Assembly: GCF_006345805.1 (NCBI RefSeq)
Contig: NC_043003.1
Span: forward strand, 84,072,001-84,136,000
Direction of reading: 5' to 3'
Source of the DNA: Octopus sinensis
Taxonomy: Eukaryota
DNA: 64,000 nt
Below, in pieces: positions 53,546 through 64,000 of the stretch (positions within the stretch are counted from its first letter, which is position 1; the number at the start of each line of letters is the position of its first letter). Position numbers and translations under genes: made by a program. A model generated the notes under the pieces. The model did not search any database. It was not told where the DNA came from and saw only the letters and a list, made by a program, of their open reading frames with translations.

Positions 53546-53750
53546 TGTATGTGTGTGTGTGTTTGTGTTTGTCCCCTCAACATCGCTTGACAACCGATGC
53601 TGGTCTGTTTACATCCCCGTGACTTAGCGGTTCGGCAAAAGAGACCGATAGAATAAGTACAAGCTCTGGGGTCGATTTGCTCGGCTATAAAGGCGGTGCT
53701 CCAGCATGGCCACAGTCAAATGGCTGAGACAAGTAAAAGAGTAAAAGAGA
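53345..53750 (+). mobile_element. SINE family C, full length, with internal (TA)n(TG)n
   Basis: tRNA-like head, CORE-like atcttgggcaagtgtctt, and tail ...cagcatggccacagtcaaatggctgagacaagtaaaaga. Confidence 0.9.
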
Positions 53751-53793
53751 CATGGTGTATTTAGGACTACACTACTCAACACATACTTTCATC

Positions 53794-53965
53794 AAGGCGG
53801 CGAGCTGGCAGATTTGATAGCACACGGACGAAACGCCTAGTGGCATTTCGTCCGACATTTTGCGTTCCGAGTTCAAATTCCACTGAGGTTGATTTTGCCT
53901 TTCATCCTTTCAGGGTCGATAAAATAAGTTCCAGTTCAACTGGCTTTGTTGCTAAATTTGAAACC
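53794..53965 (+). mobile_element. SINE A
   Basis: aaggcggcgagctggcaga...gagttcaaattccactgaggttgattttgcctttcatcc. Confidence 0.85.
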
Positions 53966-53989
53966 AGTATATATTTTCGTTTATAGTAC

Positions 53990-54384
53990 AGTCGGATGTG
54001 GTTTGAGGGAGACTTGGTTGTTATGTCTAGCAGGCTAAGAGACCATACAGAGGCTCTATCATTTTTGGCTCATAGTTAGACGTCTCGTTTAAGATTCAGG
54101 AAATCTCGGATAATTAACAATGACTCTCACGTTCTCTTTCTAAGTATGTCTAGGATTACCCCATCTAACGTGTCAATTCTTTATTTAAGACGACAGGCTG
54201 TAATTTGGGAGGAAAAAAAAAAAGAAAAAGATTTCGTTGTTATTTCTAGCAAATTAAGCGATCTCATTAGCTCGTTCCTGTAACGTGTAACATGTCTGTG
54301 ATGATATTAAATGACAAATGAGTTGACAGAAGTAGTAAAACGGTAGATACTATGGTAAGTACTAAAGAGTACTGAATGCCTAAG

Positions 54385-54420
<36 letters not shown>

Positions 54421-54960
54421 TGTTGTTGTTGTTGTTATTGTTGTTGTTTCGGACACGGGCCAGCTTTGATTAGGCTGTCCTACGGTCGAAAACGTTTCAG
54501 CTGTGATCATCTCGTGTAAAGCACCAAATGGTACGGAACAAATTAAAGTGTTCATGAGATACTAAGAGGGCGTGGTAGCTGTTGTTGTAATTGTTGTTGT
54601 TTTGTTTAACCCCCAGCTCTGACCAGGTTAAGCAGACCGACATTTGAAAACATTTTATGATCATCGTGTCCTTTTTTGTTTTCTCTCAGATGGGGTAAAG
54701 AATAATGTGTACACGTGTGTGTGATTTGAGGGGGATCTGGCTATTGCTTTTGGCAAGTCGAGCGACCAGATACGAGCAGGCTCACGCTGAAAAGCATTCC
54801 AGCTGTGACCATCCCGTTATTTTGGGAGCGTGCTTAGGGCAACATCATCTCGTGGCGGGGTGTGATTTCAAGACCGTTTGGCTGTTATTTCTAGCAAGTC
54901 GAATGACCGAGTATAGGCAGTTGGTGCTAAATGTTAGATATAGAGTGGAACAGGTGGTTG
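53990..54960 (+). repeat. Alternating short repeat modules (I: gatttgaggg.gatttggctgttatttctagca; H: cattccagctgtgaccatcccg)
   Basis: At least four I-type and three H-type copies here; isolated copies also near 4860, 4970, 9220, 10960, 24460, 29805, 33910, 43135, 43210 and 51360. Confidence 0.65.
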
Positions 54961-55093
54961 TAATATAAGAGGTGAGAGGTGAGGGAGCGGCGGTCAGTGA
55001 TGAGTTACAGGGATGAAATCTAATAGACAGGCATGCAAACAGATCGAACAAACACACACACACACACATACACACACACACACACACACCACA

Positions 55094-55124
<31 letters not shown>

Positions 55125-56292
55125 GCACATTCATCGTATATTTTTTTTAATTCTTTTTTTCAAACCCAGAATTGGGTTGAGGCCATACTGGGGCACTACT
55201 TCTAACTATACTTTTAGTCGATCCTTTTAATCCCTAAAACTATTTCAATCACTCTATATTTTATCGATCATTAGCAAATTAAGTGACGTTTGCTATAAAC
55301 GATACCTATCAGGAACGATTCTCAAACGAGAGAAAAAGGCACTCACTACATATAACTGTGGTGTGACTAGAATTTGAACCGCCCGTGACAGCCCTTGAAT
55401 ATGCCCCCCCCCCCCCACCACCACTCTCACTACTAGACTCAAAAAGTTTTTACATAGGCTTATACAGCCAACCCTAAAGGGCTTCTCCTCCATAAAAGCG
55501 TTGCCCGGGGCGGACCGACCCTAACTTTACCCACAACCCAGCACCCCTCGCCCATGCTCTCCTCCCAGCTGTGTGTGTTACTGACGCAATGAATTTTATT
55601 ATCTCATTTACTGTGTTGAAATCGACGGGGTCGACCTACCAGTTGAGCACTGGGGTTAATGTAATCGACGTGCCCCTACCCTCTAAAATGCTGGATTTCT
55701 ACCAAAATTAGAGAGAATTACTATCTATATTTTTTCGAAGCTGTGTTTTCATCGCTGCTCTGAGTTTTCTGTTTACATTTCGTTCCAGCTTCAGTAAAAG
55801 TGGATCTACATCTGCTTCAGCGATAACTATGGTATTCCTGTTGTTTTATCAACTGAGCTGCCTACACATTGTACTATAGTCTGAATGGCCGAGTATTCCT
55901 GAGTAAGGTTAATCCATATGTTAGTGGGGTCAATCCCACACGAGAACCGTCTTAACAGAGGACTGTCGTGCGCCTCTTCATCCACAACCCGTATGTATAC
56001 CACGCATTGTATAAATTAGTATTAAGGTAATTGGGTCCTTTTACTCGTGTGGCACTGGGCAGTGTAACCATGACTTAAGATGGATCTGTGTCCACCCACT
56101 TTTTACAAACAAGGTATTAGGTCGACCGAAGCCCTGGCAAAAATATACTTCGCTAAAATGACAAGTGCGATCGAGCCTAGAATATTGCGAAGCGAACTTC
56201 GTAACCACTCACCCTTTCCTGCACACACACACACACGCACACATAAGACAGGGTACACATACACACACATATATATATATATGTGAAAGGGT

Positions 56293-56346
<54 letters not shown>

Positions 56347-56393
56347 ACAGGGTAAACATATATATATATGCCAGGGTAAACATACATACATAG

Positions 56394-56498
<105 letters not shown>

Positions 56499-56695
56499 AT
56501 AAGTAAGGTATATCACTCAGTATAACAAGCAGTATAACTGGAAAACAACCACGGATTCACAATATAGAATGGTGATGAACTCTGACCTTGGACCCAGTCA
56601 CAAGAATAATCTAAACAATATTGTTAGCCCGGTGTACATACAGAGAGCTTATAAAGCATTTTGCCCGGATTGTTTAATCCCCCACTAAATAACTC

Positions 56696-56755
<60 letters not shown>

Positions 56756-57088
56756 TGTCAAGTGATAAGTACCAACGCACAAAACGCTCGGCCTTTCAGA
56801 CACTCTAACTTTCCCCGATTATTAATAATAAACAAATACATTTACTTATGTGTTCGAGCTGATGGTTTTTTCTGTTTGCGTCATGAAACCTACGCGCGTG
56901 TGTGTGTGTATTGATTTATAACTGTCAGATCGAAGGACCTAGGTGGAGAAAGTAAGTTTCGAGCAGTTCGTAGTAAAAAAAAACCCAAAACTTTTGAAAC
57001 AATAATAGTTTACTGGCGTATGATGCTGGAGGTTTTTTCCGTATCGAAGTTTCATAAGCTGAAAAAAGTTATTGATCCATTCCTTCAA

Positions 57089-57140
<52 letters not shown>

Positions 57141-57220
57141 CACATATACTTATATATACACACATGTATGTATATATGCATATATGTATACACGCACACA
57201 AACACACACACACACACACA

Positions 57221-57273
<53 letters not shown>

Positions 57274-57382
57274 ATATATATAATACGTATATAGTTAAGG
57301 GTAGAGTAACAAAACTATGAAGGGCTGGTCCTCTAAAAGTAAATATGATAAATACCGCGCCCAAAGAAGAAAGGAGGAGAGA

Positions 57383-57426
<44 letters not shown>

Positions 57427-57472
57427 TTAAGAAATTGGTTGGCACCGAAAGAACTAAAAGAGCTTAACTTAC

Positions 57473-57532
57473 GTGGATTGACTTGATATGAAGAAACCAT
57501 TGGAAGAGGTAGGTCAATCTCCGATAGAGTCA
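57473..57532 (-). CDS. Candidate 60-nt internal exon (xTLSEIDLPLPMVSSYQVNPx), unidentified
   Basis: attcaacttcaaag|TG...CCAC|gtaagt with a consensus donor. Open only in phase 1, exits in phase 1. Confidence 0.35.
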
Positions 57533-57993
57533 CTTTGAAGTTGAATATATATAATATATAATTGATATATACACATATATATATATGTTCAAAATATATA
57601 ATATGTGTATGTGCTTGGTATAAATGTTTGTCTATATAAATAACTGTTACAAAGTATGTGATATCTACTTCAGAAATTCCGACTAAGATAAATAAATTCT
57701 CTCTATATATATGTATATATATATGTTTGTATGGTAGTTTGTCTTTGTAGAAATATATGTGTTTATATATTTATATTATATGATATATATGTATATATAT
57801 ATATATATATACCTATATATATATATATCTGTCTATGTTTCCTGCATCTACATTTTTAATATAAATTATAATGTATTCTTTATAACTTGTTTAGTTTTTA
57901 TGATGTTTTTGCGGTTTTCTGGGTGCAAGAAAGTATAAAACAATTCACTCGATGTAATATATCCAAACTCTTGCAAGCAAAAGTGCTACCGTT

Positions 57994-58030
<37 letters not shown>

Positions 58031-58329
58031 GCTACTACTACTACTACTACTACTACTAGTGATAATAGTAATAATGATAATAATAATGCATAACGTGTGG
58101 TAGGCAAGGTCGGCACTGGATCCTTCTATATATATATATATATTTTTTCTTATTTTCGTTCTTTCTTACTTTCTCTCTCTTTAAGTTCTTCGACTGCAAC
58201 GGTCTCGGTAATATGTGGTGACAGGTTCGTGTGACGAGGACGTCCCCCCCACGACAAAAAAATAAATATATAAACTGTGCTACAACACTAATAAAACTAA
58301 TAAAACAATTCCACCTCCACCTTTTCTCC

Positions 58330-58381
58330 TCCGAGGATGAGGATGACAACTGTTGCGTCTACTACTACTACTACTACTACG

Positions 58382-58418
<37 letters not shown>

Positions 58419-59410
58419 GAAGTATTGCGCTGCTATTGGGCTTATTGTTCCTTTTTCTCTCCTTTCTTTTTATTTGTTTCTTCTCTCTGTTTTTTTCTTT
58501 CTTTCTCTCTTTCTCTCTGTTGTCTGCAGCTGATGCCCGCTTACACAACACTAAGTGAGAGAGATAGACTGATAGAGAAAGAGTAACAGAGAGAGAGAGA
58601 GGGAGGAGGAGAGAGTGTGAAGAGAAGGGGAGAGAAGAGAATGAGATGAGAAAGAGAGAGAGAGAGGAGAGAGAATCGTTGAAAAGTTTGGAGGAAGGGA
58701 AAGAGTGGGGGCGAGAGAGAGAGAGAGAGAGAGAGAGGAAGTGAAATGAAACCAATTACACAAGAAAAAAAGAAAGAAAAAAAAGGAGAGGAAGAGAGAG
58801 AGAGAACGGGGGTGTTGTTGATTCAACACCTCCCATCACTACCTCCACCACCACCACCACCACCACCACCATCACCACAGACACTACTGCCGCCGCCACC
58901 ACCACAACCACTACGGAGAAAAATACTTCATTCCGTAGTTTGGTTTCTGTCTTTTTCGCAAACCTCTTACTTAACAGCCACCCCCTCCCTCTCGCCTTCT
59001 TTCTTTCATCTTTCTATTATCCTCTCGTTCTCTCGTTCACTCTTTTCTCACCCAATCTCCTTCGTTTCCTCTATTCCTCTCTCTCTCTTTATCCTTCATA
59101 CACATCCTCTCGTTCCTTTCTTTTATCTGTCTTTCTCTCGTTCACTTACAATACTTTTTTTTCTTTCATATTTCCTTCGTTTTACTTCATTCTCTTTTTT
59201 CCCTGCCTCTCTCTTTCTTTCTATCTATTTGTTAGTCTGTCTGTATGTCTTTCTCTTAGTCTCGCTTTCTCTCTCACTGTCTTTCTCTCTCACTCTCTCT
59301 TTCTTTCTTTCTCCCCCCTCTCTCTCTCCCGACACTTCATCCTTCTTTCTCCTCAAACTCCACCTCTTGTTCATTCCCGTTTTCTCCATCCTCTTTCTTG
59401 CCACCCTTTG
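58330..59410. repeat. (TAC)n plus alternating long CT-rich and GA-rich tracts
   Basis: CT-rich at 58440-58520, GA-rich at 58555-58810, CT-rich at 58980-59400. Confidence 0.9.
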
Positions 59411-59663
59411 ATTAGCAAAAACTTTTGCACTAATTCCATGAATTTATGTGTGTGTGTGTGTGAAAACAAGAGTGTGAATGTGTGTGTGTATAGGTGCGTG
59501 TGCGCGTGTGACTAATTAATTAAGGAAGGACGTGGTCAGACGTCTACTAGGATGTGCTATTTCGCGACAGTCACGTCTTTCGCAATTAGTAACTCAAATT
59601 TCAATAAAACACACAGAGACGTGAATCGAAACAGGGCCGCGTACTCTACTCCTAACTTTTTTT

Positions 59664-59764
59664 TATGGCTGTGTGGTAACTTAGGCAAGTATCTTCTACT
59701 ATAGCCTCAGGTCGACCAATGCTTTGCAAGTTGGTTTGATAGACGGAAACTAAAAGAAGCCTGT

Positions 59765-59808
<44 letters not shown>

Positions 59809-60108
59809 TATATATATATATTATATATATACTATATATATATACACACACACATTTATTTTTATATGTGCATGTACGTGCGTGTGAGCATGTCTTTGTG
59901 TTTGTCCTATTACCGCTTGACAACAGGTGTTGGTGTGTTTATATCCCCAAAACTTTGCGGTTCGGCAAAAGAGGGGAGAATAAGTACAGGACCTTTTTTT
60001 TTAATATGTCCTGGGATCGATTTGTTCAACTAAAATCCTCCAAAGCGGTGCCCCAGCATGGCCGCAGCCCAATTACTAGAACAACTAATAGAAAAAAAGA
60101 TAAAAAGT
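59664..60108 (+). mobile_element. SINE family C with expanded internal (TA)n
   Basis: ggctgtgtggtaacttaggcaagtatcttctactatagcc...cgcttgacaacagg...cagcatggccgcag. Confidence 0.85.
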
Positions 60109-60297
60109 AGAGCCTGAAGGCATCATCCGAGACCGTCTGTAGAGTGTTCGAAACGGGTGGGAAGAAAGGAGGAAGTTAACATCAGATGGGAGATTGGATT
60201 TGAACGTTTCCAGCAACGTTAGGATTCCACAAAAGGCAACCAAAGCTGAAGCTATGGTGTTAAACACAGTGACGTATTAAGTCTCCAACTTAATCCA

Positions 60298-60620
60298 GGA
60301 AGTCGCGTGACTTAATGGTTAGGGTCTTCGGTTCGCCATCGTAAGGTCGTGAGTTCAATTCCAGGTGGTACATTGTGTCCTTGAGCAAACGCTTTATTTC
60401 ACGTTGCTCCAGTTCACTAAGCTGGCAAAAATGAGTAGTACAAGTATTTCAAAGGTTCAGCCTTGTCCCATTGTGTATCACGCTGAATCTCCTTGAGAAC
60501 TATGCTAAAGGCTACGCGTAACTGTGGAGTGATCAGCCACTTGCACGTTTATTTCACGAGCAGGCTGATCCATCTATCGGATCAACTGGAACCCGCGTCG
60601 TCGTAACCGACGGAGTGCCT
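60298..60620 (+). mobile_element. SINE family F (B-like head and core, third tail type)
   Basis: tRNA-like head, core ttgtgtccttgagcaa...tttcacgttgctccagttcactaagctggcaaaaatgagta, and a tail ending gtcgtaaccgacggagtgcc. Confidence 0.8.
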
Positions 60621-61232
60621 GTAATCCAGGAACGGTCCTTCTGATAGACTCCCTTTCTAATTTTATCATATTCTTCCATATACCTCACTAAATGGGATGG
60701 TCAAAGATGTAATAACTCTCTTAGTAGGTCTGCTAGAAAAGGGCTGACCCAAAGTTAACCAACAACTAGATACACATCGTACATGCAGAATTATGTGCAT
60801 ATGCACGTGAGTGGGTGGTGCGTGAGTGTATGTATACACACATATTCATGCACGCAGGAATGTTTAGAATATACCTGATATGGCGATTTATCATTTATGT
60901 CCACAAACATATACAAACATAAACACTTAGACGTTCTTAAATAACATTCACTTCAAGAACATTAGTTGAAATTACAACGTCAATTGTAATTAGAAGAGAA
61001 TGAGATAAGTGGGAATAGTAGAGAAGTGGAGAGATGGAGGTAGATGGATACACACACACACACACACACACACAACACACACACACACACGCACACACAT
61101 ACAAATATAAAGAGAGTGGCATATAGACAAAAACTTGAGAGAATAAGATGTATAAGCGAAAGACTACAAACTTGAGAAGAAACAGACCTACATGCATATG
61201 TGTGTGTATATATATATATGCGCGTTGAAAGA

Positions 61233-61298
<66 letters not shown>

Positions 61299-61488
61299 AG
61301 AGAGAATGAGAGGAGATAAAAACTGCTAAGTGGCCATTTGAGCACGTAAATTATACAAATGCATTTAATAGAATATAGTACGCAACAGTGTGTGCAAGTA
61401 CGAGAGTATGTATGTATGTTTGTGTATATATACATATACAAACATATATATAATATATATACACACATACATATAACATACATACATA

Positions 61489-61944
61489 CATAACAGGCTG
61501 GATATTGCTGTTTGGGACAGTGGGGCAAAGGCATATACCATAATAGAGGCCAGCTGCCCTGCAGACATAAATATCTCGTTGAAAATCAACGAAAACGAAG
61601 ATATATATGGAAAATTGCTTCGAAACCTCCAGCTTCTATATCTAGACTATGAATTTATATACATAACCAGTAATAATTGGAGCGCTAGGTTTTGTTAGTA
61701 AATGCTTAAAGGAGAATCTGGATAAACTGGGATTTTCAGAAAGAGAAACCAACTGGCTAAAGTGTACATTACAAGTGTAAGTACATTACAAATGAGTGGA
61801 ACAGTAAAAATATGTAAGACTTTTCTCAAGTTCTAAATGTGAATTTGTCTGTGTTAACTACATCCCAAAGATGGAGTCTTGTATCTTTGTTGGAGATCGG
61901 CTCCCTCCTCAATGGAAGACTTACAATAGTTTAAAAATAGAAGA
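61489..61944 (+). mobile_element. 5'-truncated R4/Dong-like non-LTR retrotransposon (REL endonuclease C-terminus plus 3' UTR)
   Basis: HNRLDIAVWD...IIEASCPAD.NI..KINE...YGKL...LQLLY...PVIIGALG...LDKLGF...GTVKICKTFLKF* (stop 61834-61836, with frameshifts); PD-(D/E)xK-type layout; flanked by (TACA)n on both sides. Confidence 0.85.
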
Positions 61945-63044
61945 TACATACATACATACATACATACATACATACATACATACATACATACATACATACA
62001 TACATACATACTTACATACATACATACATAACGGCTGTAACTTGAACTTTCCATTGAGTGTTTTGCCGCTTTTTTTTTTTCAAATACAGCCTGCCATAAA
62101 ATACAGCACATAATGAAGATGTTAAAAATGGAGCTATGCTTGTATCTGATGCTTGTTTAAGTGAGGTGTGGCCTTGCACTGGGGCAATCCGACTCTGAAC
62201 AACGCATGTATTTGTCCAAAAAGGAAAATTAACCTACATCATTAGATGCAAACGAAGTCGCTGGTTTTCTTTCTTTGTCTAGGGTATCTGTCACTTGCAG
62301 TTGCTAGGTGATCGTTGACTCTACTGAGTTCGTCCACTATTTGGCAGGATCCGTATTTCGTTCTGGATGGTGTCAGACGAAAGCCATCCGTTTTACCAAG
62401 TAGGTTCGGTGGGATTACCGATTTAGTCGCTGACGGCCCGATTATACGATAGATTGTACTGGGTTGCGCGTTACCAGTACCATTTAAGAATAACTACACA
62501 TACAGCCACACACGTGTGTGTATGCGTGTGAGGTCATTCTCAATGGTGTGTGAGTGTGTAACTTAATGTTTCCTAAAACAGAGTATTAAATAAGTTATCA
62601 GTCCTTATCAGGAAAAACACATTTGAAGGAAAGTGACAAATAGAGAGAATGAGCAGGAGAGAGGGTGACAGAGGAGAGAGAGAGAGAGAGAGAGAGATGA
62701 ATAAGAAAGAGGGAAGAGATAATGACTTAAAATGTTCTTAAAACGGGACTGTAGGCTTGATATTGATGACAAAAGATAAGAGCATTTTAGGAGAGGGTGA
62801 ACTAAAGAATTCGCGGTTAGGAGCTTAAAGAAACATTAACTCCCCTTCTCAACCGTCATCCACCAATTTTTTCCCAAAATATCTGATGTAAAATATCCTA
62901 CGCAACAATTGGCTTCTCCAGCCCTGTTACATATTAAATATATAAAACATTTCCATTGGTTGAAACGACCAATAGGTTTTGTCTGAATTTCTCAAAATAT
63001 TTTGATAGAGAAATAGAAGAAATCATACACGTATACACGTGCGC

Positions 63045-63066
63045 ACGAGCAAATACACACACACAT

Positions 63067-63150
<84 letters not shown>
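63045..63150. repeat. (CA)n microsatellite
   Basis: Directly visible. Confidence 0.95.
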
Positions 63151-63151
<1 letters not shown>

Positions 63152-63239
63152 AACCGATCAGTTTCTAATCTATATGTTTTGATGATATACATTCTAGAAA
63201 GGATAGTAGATTTGATTGCTTTTGATGCTTAATATTTAA

Positions 63240-63592
63240 TTCTTTATTGCCCACAAGGGGCTAAACATAAAGGGGACAAACAAGGACAGACGAAAGGATG
63301 AAAGGCAAAGTCGACCTCGGCGGAATTTGAACTCAGAACGTAGCGGCAGACAAAATACCTATTTCTTTACAACCCACAAGGGGCTAAACACAGAGGGGAC
63401 AAACAAGGACAGACAAACGGATTAAGACGATTACATCGACCCCAGTGTGTAACTGGTACTTAATTTGTCGACCCAGAAAGGATGAAAGGCAAAGTCGACC
63501 TCGGCGGAATTTGAACTCAGAACGTAACGGCAGACGAAATATCGCTAAGCATTTTGCCCGGGTGCTAACGTTTCTGCCAGCTCGCTGCCTTA
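63240..63592 (-). mobile_element. SINE A dimer: full A1 copy (about 63360-63592) joined to a headless, internally deleted A1 copy
   Basis: Two cores; junction cagacaaaatacc/tatttctttacaacccac. Confidence 0.88.
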
Positions 63593-64000
63593 TAGAGTGT
63601 ATATATTAAAAGGCTTATGATTTTATATAGCTCTGTATTCTAGCATGATAATATATATTATCGACAGCGAATAATTGCAGTAAAGAGTTAAATTTGTAGA
63701 AATATAAATATTTAAAGAATTCCATCATGGAAGAGCCACTTTATCCCGTTTAGTCATCTAAAAACATACAAAAATTGTTTGAATTTTCTTTTGACTTATT
63801 TCTTATATCAAAATATTCACCATTCAAATGCAACATGATCACTGACATTGTTCCGCAGCAGATGGAAATGTGTCAGTGATGAGGTCGCAGAGATGTGACG
63901 AAAATTTTGACACCACAGGGAATAAATGAAAAAAGGAATACAGCATCATTTTTTTAGCATTTTCTTCGGATAGCTAAAAGAATTCATTCATTATGTAATT

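Noticed and set aside
58805-58945. Two small stem-loops (gggtgttg/caacacct and ctacggag/ttccgtag)
   Set aside because: Short stems within low-complexity sequence, plausible by chance.

Overview
This is eukaryotic, AT-rich, extremely microsatellite-dense DNA. I recognise the dominant tRNA-derived SINEs from memory, not by database search, as octopus-type, so the source is most likely an Octopus genome and the window is largely intronic or intergenic. No complete gene, rRNA, genuine tRNA or CRISPR array is present, and almost all listed ORFs are simple-repeat artefacts. Supported content: about 40 SINE copies or fragments built from shared head, core and tail modules, many with clear TSDs; four MITEs (three hAT-like, one Tc1/mariner-like carrying a CTCF-like motif); decayed coding remnants of a piggyBac transposase, an RTE LINE 3' end and an R4/Dong-like REL-endonuclease retroposon; an interstitial TTAGGG-like tract; and a 1.16 kb tandem duplication that may be an assembly artefact. 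Several short splice-site-flanked open segments suggest a long-intron minus-strand gene that I cannot name. The most striking unexplained signal is a complete recursive-splicing-type site on the minus strand at about 16,930: branch point ACTAAC, a 23-nt T-rich tract, CAG immediately followed by GTAAGT, and a cryptic 71-nt exon behind it. I found no evidence of a novel multi-gene system. SINE family labels A-I are my own.
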